Assembly (NCBI GenBank): GCA_963752595.1
Contig: CAVVYZ010000015.1
Span: forward strand, 128,001-192,000
DNA from: an uncultured delta proteobacterium
GTDB taxonomy: Bacteria > Desulfobacterota > Desulfomonilia > UBA1062
DNA: 64,000 nucleotides
Direction of reading: 5' to 3'
Both the position numbers and the translations under genes were made by a program. Position 1 is the stretch's first letter. Each line of letters begins with the position of its first letter. Below the pieces are notes generated by a model. It was not told where the DNA came from and ran no database searches. It worked only from the letters and a program-made list of their open reading frames with translations. Positions 21,302-31,355 of the stretch are shown here, piece by piece.

Positions 21302-22327
21302 ATGAAAATTGCCGACACTCACATATCCATGAACTCATCCAGGACCTATCTGGAAACCAACGAGGTAAAGGAGAGTTTGCGGGTATGGGTGAGTCAGACC
21401 GCGCCGCTGAATGCAAGACACCCCGATCAGGTAACCATCTCTCCAAAAGCCGAATCCATGTTGAAAAGATTTGAGAATGAGCTGGGCGAAGCTGGCATCG
21501 AAGAAAACATGGATGGAGAAATTTTGCTTAAAAAACTCATCACGGAGATCCTTTCGGGCAGGGAAGTCAAGCTGTCCCGGATAGAGAAGGTTTCAGGGCG
21601 TGGTTCTGAAATGGCGGAAGAGGCAAAAGAAGCGGCCACGAAGGAAAATCAGCGTCAGGGATGGGGCATGCTGTATGACTATGAACAGACCCACCATGAG
21701 AAAGAGGATGTAAGCTTTCAGGCAAAAGGCATTATCAAGACCGCGGACGGAAAAGAAGTCGTTTTTGCCTTCAAGCTCGATATGAGCAGGGAGCATCTCG
21801 AAAAGAACAGCATCAATATAAGGGCAGGGGATGTGGCCATCGATCCGCTCATTATCAACTTCGACGGCAATGCGGCAGATCTCTCCAGCATGAAGTTCGA
21901 GTTTGACCTCGATTCGGACGGGCAAGTCGAGCAGGTATCAGTACCGACAGCTGGAAGGGGCTTCCTGGCCATCGATCTGGATAATAGCAATACTATAGAT
22001 AATGGTTCCGAGCTGTTCGGCCCGAGTACGGGCAACGGTTTCGCAGAGCTCTCTGCATATGATGAAGACGGAAACAGCTGGATTGATGAAAACGACGAGG
22101 CTTACAGCAGGCTTCGGGTTATGACTGTGGACAGCAATGGATCGAGCATTTTGCAGACGTTGAAAGATACCGGTGCCGGCGCTATTTACCTCGGCAGGAG
22201 CACTACCCGGTTTGATATCCGTACAAGTTCTGACAACAGCCTTCTCGGCCAAGTCCGCACTACGGGCATCTATCTCCATGAAGACGGAACACCGGGAACC
22301 ATCCAGCAGTTGGATCTCATAGCATAA
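21302..22327 (+). CDS. Uncharacterised protein with a C-terminal FrpC-like self-processing / Ca-binding module
   Basis: D181-P182 (DPLIINFDG) followed by FDLDSDG, GFLAIDLDNSNTIDNGSELFG and GFAELSAYDEDGNSWIDENDEAYSRLRV, which align by eye to the FrpC self-processing module. Confidence 0.7.
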   Translation: MKIADTHISMNSSRTYLETNEVKESLRVWVSQTAPLNARHPDQVTISPKAESMLKRFENELGEAGIEENMDGEILLKKLITEILSGREVKLSRIEKVSGRGSEMAEEAKEAATKENQRQGWGMLYDYEQTHHEKEDVSFQAKGIIKTADGKEVVFAFKLDMSREHLEKNSINIRAGDVAIDPLIINFDGNAADLSSMKFEFDLDSDGQVEQVSVPTAGRGFLAIDLDNSNTIDNGSELFGPSTGNGFAELSAYDEDGNSWIDENDEAYSRLRVMTVDSNGSSILQTLKDTGAGAIYLGRSTTRFDIRTSSDNSLLGQVRTTGIYLHEDGTPGTIQQLDLIA

Positions 22328-22453
22328 GTTCTTTCCTTTATATTTATCCGGAAAACATATCCCCAAGGCTTTCTTCATAAAAGAACTCCTCACACGTGCA
22401 TGTCCGGTACCTTGCAGATGGCATTGAGTAATCCAAGATATCGGTGAATCGTC

Positions 22454-22494
22454 TTGACAGGTGATTTCTCATAATATACTTTGTTATAAAGTAT
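22454..22494 (+). promoter_or_regulatory. Putative sigma70 promoter overlapped by an inverted repeat
   Basis: TTGACA-N17-TACTTT; the palindrome ATACTTT-N5-AAAGTAT at 22476-22494 covers the -10. Confidence 0.5.
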
Positions 22495-22642
22495 GATGTT
22501 ATAAACTACTTATCTGATTACTATTCTTGCAGAGCTGCTGAGAGTGAATAATCCTGTTCATAGTGCTGGTGAATCATGTCTTCTGTTCCATGGGATAAGG
22601 CTTCACTTGGGCATGCGTAGTGAGGAGCGACAGGAGGGGTTT

Positions 22643-23092
22643 ATGATCGAAGAAAAATACAGGGATGCCGCATCCATTCTCGAACAGGCTGTTCCTCTCA
22701 TTGCAAAAACCGGAGTCAGGATCCTTGAGCTTCAGGACCGCTATGCAAAGATCCTCATGCCTTTCAAGCCCAACGTTAATCATATCGGAATCATGTACGG
22801 CGGATCACTCTTCATCCTTGCCGAGTTCTCCGGCGGGGTTCTCTACTATGTCTCCTTTGACCATGCAAGGTTTTACCCTATCGTCAAAGAAGTAACGATC
22901 AAATACCGCCGGCCTGCCGCGACCGACGTGACCCTTGAAGTACGCTTGAGCAAAGAGCAGTCAGACTCGATCCAGGATGCCGCGGACAAGGAAGGCAGGA
23001 AGGATTGGTCCATGGATCTGGAGCTCAAAGACGCATACGGCGAGGTGTGCAGTCTTGTTCATGGAGTCTGGCAGTTAAGGAAACTCCCTTAA
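22643..23092 (+). CDS. Hot-dog fold thioesterase (YiiD C-terminal / PaaI-like)
   Basis: NVNHIGIMYGGSLFILAE, IKYRRPA; start moved to ATG 22643 after GGAGGGG. Confidence 0.85.
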   Translation: MIEEKYRDAASILEQAVPLIAKTGVRILELQDRYAKILMPFKPNVNHIGIMYGGSLFILAEFSGGVLYYVSFDHARFYPIVKEVTIKYRRPAATDVTLEVRLSKEQSDSIQDAADKEGRKDWSMDLELKDAYGEVCSLVHGVWQLRKLP

Positions 23093-23121
23093 AAATCAAT
23101 AAACCATAAAGGAGTAATGAT

Positions 23122-24991
23122 ATGGCGAATCAGATTTTGGATGAAAGGGATCAGCGGTTCATCTTGTATGAGATGCTGGGGGTGGAGAAACTCTGTGGGT
23201 ATGAGAAGTATCGGGATTTCTCCAAGGACATGTTCGACATGATCCTCACCGAAGCGCAGAAGATGGCGGTGGATGAAGTTCTTCCCACCCTGGCCGAAGG
23301 AGACAAGGAAGGCTGTACGCTGAGCGACGGAAAGGTTTCTGTCCCGAAATGCTACCATCGCGCGTATCAGCTTTTCCGTGAGGGCGGCTGGATCGGGACG
23401 AATTTTCCTCCTGAAGAAGGTGGCCAGGGCCTGCCGGACAGCGTGAAGATTGCAGCCATCGACTGGTTCTACCATAACTTTGCCTTTTCTGCGTATCCGT
23501 TCGCGACCGAGGGAGCTGCGCACCTCATCCTGACCTACGGCACGGAAGCGCAGAAGAGAAAGTATATGGACAAGATGGTTCAGGGCATCTGGGGCGGAAC
23601 CATGGCACTGACCGAGCCCAATGCCGGATCCGATCTCGGCAATATGATTACCAAGGCGATACGTCAGCCGGACGGAACCTTCAGGATTCAGGGCACTAAA
23701 ATATTCATTACCGCAGGCGACAATGATCTGGTGGAAAATATTGTCCACCCCGTGCTTGCCAGGATTGAAGGCGATCCGGCCGGCACGAAGGGCATTTCGA
23801 TTTTCCTCGTGCCTAAGTATCTCGTCAACGATGACGGCTCCCTGGGCAGGCGCAATGACTATGAGATCGCCAATATCGAGCACAAGATGGGTATCCGGGG
23901 CAGCGCCACCTGCCTGATCAATTTCGGTGACAACAACAACTGCTATGCCGAACTGCTGGGTGACGAGCGAGAGGGCATGAAGATCATGTTCCAGATGATG
24001 AATGAGGCCCGTCTTGCCGTCGGCCTGCAGGGTCTCTGCAGTGCCTCGATCGCTTATCTCCATGCGCTTCAGTACACTAAAGACAGCCTCCAGGGCTCAT
24101 CACTCATTGAATTCAAAAATCCCAATGCTCCCCGCGTTCCCATCATCCATCACCCGGACGTCCGCAGGATGCTTCTGTGGATGAAATCCACCGTTGACAG
24201 CATGCGTGCCCTTATCTACTTCACTGCCTACTGTTTCGACATGGAAAAAGTTGCGAAGGACGAGGTGGAAAAGGACAAATGGCTTGGCATTCGCAGAGGT
24301 GCTAACCCCCATCGTTAAGGCATATTGCTCCGATATTGGCTTCAGGGTCACCGAGACAGCCATGCAGTGCTACGGCGGGTACGGCTTCTGCTGCGAGTAC
24401 CCTGTGGAGCAGTTCATCCGGGATGAAAAGATCGCATCCATCTATGAAGGGGCCAACGGCATTCAGGCCCTCGACCTCATCGGCCGCAAGCTCGGCATGA
24501 AGAAGGGCGCGTACTTCATGAATCTGCTCGGCGAGATGAATACCACAGTAACAAAATACAAGGACCTGACCGGCAATGCGGACATGGCAGCGGATGTCCA
24601 GAACGCCGTGAATAAACTCGCCGAGATGGGCATGTTCCTTGCCTCCTGCGCTAAGCAGGGCAAGTTCCTTGTGCCTGTCAACAATGCCTATCCCGTTCCT
24701 CATGATGATGGGCAAGGTCGTTTCTGGCTGGTTCCTCCTCTGGCAGGCCGGCGTTGCACAGCAGAAGCTCGATGCGCTGCCAAGGAAAAGGGTATTGACG
24801 AAAAGGACAAGACCGCCATAGCTCAGCTCATGCAAGGAGAACAAGGACGCCGCCTTCTATTCCGGCAAGATATATTCGGCCAGGTTTTTGCCAAGAACGT
24901 ACTGCCCGAGGTCGATGCGGCAGCAGTGGCCATCAAGACTGAAGACATGTCCATTCTGGAGATTCCTGAAGAAAGCTTCTGTTCGTATTAA
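23122..24991 (+). CDS. Acyl-CoA dehydrogenase, ~600 aa type (3' third interrupted by indels)
   Basis: GTMALTEPNAGSD, GTKIFIT, EHKMGIRGSAT, MNEARL, then in another frame TPIVKAY, GGYGF..EYPVEQ, IYEGANGIQALDL. Several frameshifts at about 24290-24890. Confidence 0.9.
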
Positions 24992-25002
24992 AAACACCTG
25001 GA

Positions 25003-25031
25003 CGGGGGATCGGAGCCGGTCCCCCGGTTTC
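25003..25031 (+). terminator. Intrinsic terminator after the acyl-CoA dehydrogenase gene
   Basis: GGGGGATCGG-AG-CCGGTCCCCC hairpin followed by a short T run. Confidence 0.6.
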
Positions 25032-25039
25032 AAGCTATT

Positions 25040-25412
25040 TAATGTCTCCTTCGGGGATGGTTGAAGGCCCTCGCCTTTAGGCGAAGAGAGGATTATATGT
25101 GTCGCTATGCGACGTTATAGGGTAGGAGCCCACACGAAAACTGACTTAAAGGTGCACCTGGTGTGGGTGCCTAAGTATCGGAAGAAGTTGTTGACCGGAG
25201 AAGTAGCTATTCGAGTAAGGGACCTGCTGAAGCAGATTGCGATTGAACATGAGTTGGAAGTGATATCCGGGAAGGTAGCCAGTGACCGTGACCATGTGCA
25301 CATGTTTATTGGGTATAATCCGAGCCAGGATATCAGCAAGATAGTGCAATGGCTGAAGGGAATAAGTTCCCGGGTAATTAAATCCCTCGCCTTCAAGGCG
25401 AGGGTCGTTTAG
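25040..25412 (+). mobile_element. tnpA: IS200/IS605-family element, internally deleted (truncated Y1 transposase at 25107-25412)
   Basis: HLVWVPKYRK, DHVH (HUH motif), LKGISSR. Matching subterminal hairpins at 25068-25088 (CCCTCGCCTTTAGGCGAAGAG) and 25384-25404 (CCCTCGCCTTCAAGGCGAGGG). The left boundary is approximate. Confidence 0.88.
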
Positions 25413-25575
25413 TTGTTTCCTCGGACCTCACGGATATATTCTGTCACATCCATCTGTGTGAGAGATGGAACTGAAACCATAAGCTTATATTCTCCTAGAG
25501 AAGATCTTGTTTGTGATCATCCGGCCTTTAGTTAATAAAGTATCTCAGATCTTCACCGCCTAAGGAGGTGGATGT

Positions 25576-27675
25576 ATGCATCAGCTGTTTTATCCCGGAT
25601 CAATTGCCATTATCGGTCTGTCTTCTAAATCATCCAATATCCCTAGGATAACTCTGGAAAATCTTCTCCGCTGGGGATACAGAGGGAGGATCTTCGGCGT
25701 AAACGCCAGGAATGAGGATGTCCATGTCGACGGGATCAGGATGTATAAGAATATCGAGGATCTTCCCGAGGTCCCGGACCTGGCCTATTGCCTTATCCCT
25801 GCAAAGTACATCCCTGACATGGTGGACCGATGCGGCAGGTACGGCATCAAAAGGATGGCGATCCCTTCCGGCGGGTTTTCAGAGTTCAGCGAAGAGGGGA
25901 GAAGACTTGCCGATACGACACTGGAAAATGCCAGAAAACACGGCGTCCGTTTCGTCGGGCCTAACGGAGTGACCGTGGCTAATACGGACAACGGCCTGTG
26001 CCTTCCGTTCGTGCCTTTGTTCAAGGCACCGAAGGGAGAGATGTCGATCATATCCCAGAGCGGAGGGGTGTCTCTCATGATGCTCAATTTCCTCCTGGAT
26101 GAAAATGTCGGCCTTGCAAAGTTCGCGAGCATCGGCAACAAGCTCGACCTCGATGAGGTAGACTTCTTGAAATACTTTGGGAAAGATCCTCAAACAAAGA
26201 TCATCTGCCTCTACCTGGAAAGCATGAACCGGGGCAAGGATTTCATCGAGACAGCCGCAAAGATCGACAAACCAGTCGTAGTCTACAAGTCAAATACCAC
26301 CTCGGCTGGCAAAAAGGCTGCCATGAGCCACACTGCAGCAGTGAGCAATGATGAGGATATTATCGACTCGGCCTTTGAAGAGGCCGGGGTAATCCGTATC
26401 CGGAATTTCCTCGATTTCATCGAGGTCGCGAAGGCCTTCCAACTTCCGCCCATGAAAGGCAGGCGGATCATGGTGATGAGCCCTGCGGGGGGGTTTTCCG
26501 TTATCACGGCAGACCTGTGCGAAAAGGCGGGATACGAGTTTGCGGATATGGGCAAGGATTTCTACGACAGCCTGAGCAAATTCAGCAATGCGGGCGTAAT
26601 CAAGTTCTCCAACCCTCTGGATATGGGTGATATCTATGATCCGCAGCTTATGGCTCACGTGGTCTATTCGGTCATGCATTCGGACAGCGTCGATGGCGCC
26701 ATGATCGTGAGCCAGCGGCCCCAAATGCCTGCCGGTGAGAATGTGTTCCACAAAATGTTCCTGACGGACCTCTCGAAGGAGACCTGGGGAACCATTTTGT
26801 CCGCGGGTAAGCCGCTGGGGGTATGCCTGTTCGGACCCACGAGGATGATCCAGCAGACCAAGCGGTCGGTTGAATTTCCCATATTCAACAGCCCGGAGGA
26901 GATGGTGAACGCCATGGCCATGCAGATGAAATTTTATATGCGAAGGATGCATGCAGGAAAAGAGGATATCGTTCCTTCAGGAATCGATCACAAAGCAGCA
27001 CTGGCCTGGATGTATGGGAAAAAGGGAGATTACGGAGAGGAAATTCTCGATCTGCTCGCTGCCTTTGGTGTTCCGGTCGCAGCATCCCGAATGGCTGTAA
27101 GCGAGGATGAGGCGGTGAAATACGCTGAGGAGCTGGGCTACCCGGTGGTCATGAAGGTCGTCTCCCCCGATGCCCTGCACAAGTCGGATGCCGGGGGCGT
27201 CGTTGTGGGTGTGCGGCAGGAAGACGATGTGAGAAAGAAGTTCCGGAATATCAGGGAGAACCTTCTGAAGTACAAACACAATGCCCGCTTCGAGGGAGTA
27301 AGGATTCAGGAGATGGCGCCGGACGGGTATGATATGTTCGTAGGAGGCAAGTATGATCCGTCCTTCGGCCCTGTGGTGTTCTTCGGCATGGGCGGCATCT
27401 ACATCGAAGTATTCAGGGACGTAGCGAACGTCCTCTGTCCGGCAGGCCCAGCTCAGGTCATGAACCGCCTTCAGAGGCTCAAGTCATACCGCGTGCTGAA
27501 AGGACTGCGCGGCATGGCTCAGGGTGATATCGATGCCTTTGTCGACCTGGTTGTGAGGGTATCCCGACTGCTGGCAGCTTTCCCGCAGATTCTGGAGCTC
27601 GACATAAACCCGGTGCGCGTATTCCCCGAAGGTAATGGAGTCATGGCCCTGGATGCAAGGGCACGTATCGCATAG
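25576..27675 (+). CDS. ADP-forming acyl-CoA synthetase (acetate--CoA ligase family, fused alpha-beta)
   Basis: LFYPGSIAIIG, GPNG, SQSGG, SIGNKLD, MSHT (phospho-His), NPLD, HKSDAGGV, ELDINP, DAR. Confidence 0.9.
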   Translation: MHQLFYPGSIAIIGLSSKSSNIPRITLENLLRWGYRGRIFGVNARNEDVHVDGIRMYKNIEDLPEVPDLAYCLIPAKYIPDMVDRCGRYGIKRMAIPSGGFSEFSEEGRRLADTTLENARKHGVRFVGPNGVTVANTDNGLCLPFVPLFKAPKGEMSIISQSGGVSLMMLNFLLDENVGLAKFASIGNKLDLDEVDFLKYFGKDPQTKIICLYLESMNRGKDFIETAAKIDKPVVVYKSNTTSAGKKAAMSHTAAVSNDEDIIDSAFEEAGVIRIRNFLDFIEVAKAFQLPPMKGRRIMVMSPAGGFSVITADLCEKAGYEFADMGKDFYDSLSKFSNAGVIKFSNPLDMGDIYDPQLMAHVVYSVMHSDSVDGAMIVSQRPQMPAGENVFHKMFLTDLSKETWGTILSAGKPLGVCLFGPTRMIQQTKRSVEFPIFNSPEEMVNAMAMQMKFYMRRMHAGKEDIVPSGIDHKAALAWMYGKKGDYGEEILDLLAAFGVPVAASRMAVSEDEAVKYAEELGYPVVMKVVSPDALHKSDAGGVVVGVRQEDDVRKKFRNIRENLLKYKHNARFEGVRIQEMAPDGYDMFVGGKYDPSFGPVVFFGMGGIYIEVFRDVANVLCPAGPAQVMNRLQRLKSYRVLKGLRGMAQGDIDAFVDLVVRVSRLLAAFPQILELDINPVRVFPEGNGVMALDARARIA

Positions 27676-27728
27676 ACTCAAGACGGCTGTAAAAACACCT
27701 ATTGATAAGAATTAACGATTGATAGCTG

Positions 27729-27764
27729 AAAAGGGGGGACAGATGCCGCATCTGCCCCCCTAAA
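27729..27764. terminator. Terminator between the convergent ligase genes
   Basis: AAAAGGGGGGACAGATG-CCG-CATCTGCCCCCC hairpin. Confidence 0.7.
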
Positions 27765-27769
27765 GCTGA

Positions 27770-29410
27770 TTAAGAGGCGAACTTTGCCGAGAATTGTTCT
27801 ACGATCTTGTACTTCTGCACCTTGCCGCTCGCGGTCATGGGCACTTCTTTGGTGAATTCCCAGTATTTGGGTATCTTGTGGCGGGCGATCCTGCCGTTGC
27901 AATACTCGATGAGCTCTTCTTTGGTCGCTGTCTCGCCGGGCTTGAGGATAACCACGGAAAGGAGCTGCTCGCCATATTTCTTGTCCGGTACACCGACCAC
28001 GTACACGTCGCTGACCTTGGGGTGCTTGTGGAGGAACTCTTCGATCTCCCGCGGGTAGATATTTTCTCCTCCGCGAATGACCATCTCCTTGATCCTGCCG
28101 GTTACCTTGAAGTTTCCCTTTTCATCCAGGGTGCCCAGATCGCCGGTGTGGAGCCAGCCTTCTTTGTCGATCGCTTTTTCCGTGTCTTCGGGCATCTTGT
28201 AATAGCCCTTCATAACACACGGGCTCTTGGTGACGATTTCGCCCTGGACATTGGGACCCACCTCTTCGCCTGTGACCGGATCGATGATCTTCCCGCCAAT
28301 GCCCGGGAGGAGCCTTCCCACCGTGGATACTCTGACATCCACCGGATCGTCGCGCCTGGTCATGGTCATCACCGGGGAGCTTTCCGTCTGCCCGAAGGCA
28401 ATGACTACCTCGGAGCAATGCATCTTTTCAATCACGTTGTTCATCGCCTCAACCGGACACGGTGCACCTGCCATGATGCCTGTCCGTAAGGACTTCATGT
28501 TGAACTTGCTGAAATCCTGATGATCCATCATCGTAATGAACATCGTGGGTACCCCATTGATAGCGGTGCACTGCTCCTGCTCGATATATTGGAGCGCTTT
28601 CAACGGATCGAAATACTCCACAATCACCATGGTGGACCCGTGATAAACGCAATTCAGCGAGCTCATGACGCATCCAAAGCAATGGAACAGGGGCACCTGG
28701 ATAAGGAGCCTGTCTTCTGCGGTCATGCCCATCACATCACCCACCATACGGGCATTGTTAATGATATTATAATGGGTGAGCATGACGCCTTTGGGGAAGC
28801 CCGTAGTACCCGAAGTGTACTGCATGTTCACGACATCGTGAGCATGGACCGATCGTTGCCTCTCTTCGAGCTGCACATCAGAGACAGCCTTGCCCAGCCT
28901 GATCATTTCATCAAAAGTATACATTCCTGGCGTATCTTTTCTGTTTCCGATGTACACGACGTTTTTGAGGAAGGGCAGGTTCGATGACTTAAGATCTCCG
29001 GGACGCACTTGGCCAAGCTCGGGGATCACGGTACGTGCAGTCTCGTAGAAATTCGAATCCCGGTAAGCCTCTATCAGGACCAGCGTCGTGGAATCTGACT
29101 GCCTGAGTATGTATTCGAGCTCGCTCGACTTGTAATTCGTGTTCACGGTGACCAGGACGGCTCCGATCATGCCCAGGCCGAACTGCATGTAAGTCCATTC
29201 CGGGATATTCGTAGTCCATACCGAAATATGATCGCCCTTCTTCACGCCTATGGCCATGAAGCCTTTCGCCACATCGGTGCACGACTGCAGAAACTCGGAA
29301 TACGTCTGTCTGAGGGATGTTGCTGGATTTACAAGGGCCTCGTTGTCCGGATACAGGGAGGCTGTTTCCCTGAGGAGTTCCCCCATTGTAATCTCTCTGA
29401 ACTGTTCCAT
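27770..29410 (-). CDS. AMP-forming acyl-CoA synthetase
   Basis: YTSGTTGFPKG, FGQTE, GWLHTGD, RGGENIYP, TASGKVQK. Confidence 0.93.
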   Translation of the reverse strand: MEQFREITMGELLRETASLYPDNEALVNPATSLRQTYSEFLQSCTDVAKGFMAIGVKKGDHISVWTTNIPEWTYMQFGLGMIGAVLVTVNTNYKSSELEYILRQSDSTTLVLIEAYRDSNFYETARTVIPELGQVRPGDLKSSNLPFLKNVVYIGNRKDTPGMYTFDEMIRLGKAVSDVQLEERQRSVHAHDVVNMQYTSGTTGFPKGVMLTHYNIINNARMVGDVMGMTAEDRLLIQVPLFHCFGCVMSSLNCVYHGSTMVIVEYFDPLKALQYIEQEQCTAINGVPTMFITMMDHQDFSKFNMKSLRTGIMAGAPCPVEAMNNVIEKMHCSEVVIAFGQTESSPVMTMTRRDDPVDVRVSTVGRLLPGIGGKIIDPVTGEEVGPNVQGEIVTKSPCVMKGYYKMPEDTEKAIDKEGWLHTGDLGTLDEKGNFKVTGRIKEMVIRGGENIYPREIEEFLHKHPKVSDVYVVGVPDKKYGEQLLSVVILKPGETATKEELIEYCNGRIARHKIPKYWEFTKEVPMTASGKVQKYKIVEQFSAKFAS

Positions 29411-29485
29411 AGAAGAAATCTCCTTATTTCAACGTCTTGATTTCTACTGCTTTCTTTTATAGCAAGGCCACATGCAATTATATGC

Positions 29486-29531
29486 TTGACATTAATGTCA
29501 AATAAATATCATGGCTTGATACGCATGTCAA
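29486..29531. promoter_or_regulatory. Tandem palindromic operator candidates
   Basis: Perfect TTGACATTAATGTCAA (29486-29501) and degenerate TTGATACGCATGTCAA (29516-29531), 30 bp apart. Confidence 0.55.
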
Positions 29532-29763
29532 TAACTATATAAAGAAAAATGCCCTGAGCAAGATGAAAAATTATAGAGAAAAAGAATAGTACCACATTCC
29601 ATGAAAAAAGCAACCTGGGCCGAGTGGCTTGTCTGCCTGATAAGGATGATGCTGTATTGACCAGCGGTCATTGAATATCCAGGATTTGACCCTATGAAAT
29701 ATAATAAAGAAAAAAGTGGTTCATGAGGTTTGGGGATTCTCAAAAAAGGGAAGGTGGAGAGGA

Positions 29764-30222
29764 ATGGATCAGGAGAGTTTTATTGTTCTGTGTCCCCATT
29801 GCGGGACCAAGAACCGGATTCCGTTACAGAGGATGAGCAATAAGGCTCGTTGCGGCAAGTGCCGCCAATCATTGATCACAAAAGCTTCTGCATCGCGTTT
29901 CTCTCACCCCGTCGATGTATCGGATATGAGTTTCCAGCAGGAGGTGTTGAGCTATCCCGGTACGGTGCTTGTCGATTTCTGGGCGCCATGGTGTGGGCAT
30001 TGCAAAACAATAGCACCTGTCGTCGATGAATTGGCAGGAGAGTATTCGGGCAGGCTCAAAGTGGCAAAACTCAATGTGGAGGCCAATCCCGGAATTGCAT
30101 CACAGTTCGATATCCGTTCTGTGCCGAGCATGCTTTTTTTTAAAAACGGGAAACTGGTGGATTCGATAGCCGGTGCTCTGCCGAAAAATGAGTTAAGGAG
30201 ACACATTCAGGCCATAGTGTAA
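29764..30222 (+). CDS. trxC: Thioredoxin 2 type (N-terminal Zn-finger)
   Basis: CPHC..CGKC Zn-finger and DFWAPWCGHC active site; start moved to ATG 29764. Confidence 0.85.
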   Translation: MDQESFIVLCPHCGTKNRIPLQRMSNKARCGKCRQSLITKASASRFSHPVDVSDMSFQQEVLSYPGTVLVDFWAPWCGHCKTIAPVVDELAGEYSGRLKVAKLNVEANPGIASQFDIRSVPSMLFFKNGKLVDSIAGALPKNELRRHIQAIV

Positions 30223-30475
30223 CAGATCGGTTACATGGCGGCTGACGATCCTTCTTTTACGATTACCGGATGCCTTTGGCGGGCATTTCATTCTTGCCTT
30301 CTCCTCGGATACATGCCAAATAATTCGCCGTGATCGTTTGGAGATAATCCTTGGGGAGAAAGGGCATTGAATTTCATACTCAAGTCCCGGCACCCCGTGT
30401 TCGATCACATAAAGAAGAAAGGCCTCAGGGACAGGAACTCCCATATAAGAAAATGCAACCAGGCGTGATAACTCC

Positions 30476-31300
30476 ATGAATAGAGATGCTCGATCAAACG
30501 ATACAAGAGGGAATCCAAGGCTTCGGCTTCTCAGCTACAATATTCAGGTTGGAATTACCGCCACTCGGTACCGGGATTATATTTTTCAGAGCTGGAAGCA
30601 TTTTCTGCCGTACCGTAACCGCATGAACAACCTTCAACGGATTGCCCGGATGATCAAGGATTTTGATGTGGTTGGGCTCCAGGAGCTGGACAGCGGGTCT
30701 CTACGAAGCGGGTTCATCAACCACGCCGAGTACCTGGCAAAGCTGGCAGAGTTTCCCCACTGGTATGACAAGACAAACCGCACCCTGTGGAAGGTTGCGC
30801 GGCACAGCATGGGGTTGTTGAGCAAATACGCGCCGATACGGATCAGCAGGCATAACCTTCCGGCAAGGGTGCCCGGCCGGAGTGCACTCATGGCCCATTT
30901 CGGGAATCAGGAGGACCCTCTTGTTCTGGTTCTCGCACACCTTTCCTTGAGCAGGAAGGCCAGGATCATGCAGATGGAATACGTGAGCGAACTCATCCGT
31001 GATTACAACCATGTAATCCTTATGGGTGATCTGAACTGCGGATGCGACAGCAAAGAACTCTCTACACTCCTCGAAGATACACACCTTCGCATGCCGTACT
31101 CAGATCTCCTGACCTATCCGAGCTGGAAGCCCAGAAAGCATGTAGACCATATTCTGCTGTCCCCAACGATTGAGATCGACTCCGTACGGGTGCTCAATTG
31201 CACCATCTCGGATCATCTCCCCATAGCCATGGAGATTTCGCTTCCGGAGAACGTCTTTCTTCCCATTGGAGGGAGATACGGAAAGACCAAGGCTGCATAA
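30476..31300 (+). CDS. Endonuclease/exonuclease/phosphatase family protein
   Basis: SYNI, GLQE, GDLN, DHI, SDHLP. Confidence 0.9.
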   Translation: MNRDARSNDTRGNPRLRLLSYNIQVGITATRYRDYIFQSWKHFLPYRNRMNNLQRIARMIKDFDVVGLQELDSGSLRSGFINHAEYLAKLAEFPHWYDKTNRTLWKVARHSMGLLSKYAPIRISRHNLPARVPGRSALMAHFGNQEDPLVLVLAHLSLSRKARIMQMEYVSELIRDYNHVILMGDLNCGCDSKELSTLLEDTHLRMPYSDLLTYPSWKPRKHVDHILLSPTIEIDSVRVLNCTISDHLPIAMEISLPENVFLPIGGRYGKTKAA

Positions 31301-31355
31301 GTTTTCATCGTTTTAAGGTATGCCGGTAACCTGGAAACACTAATGATAAGGATCC

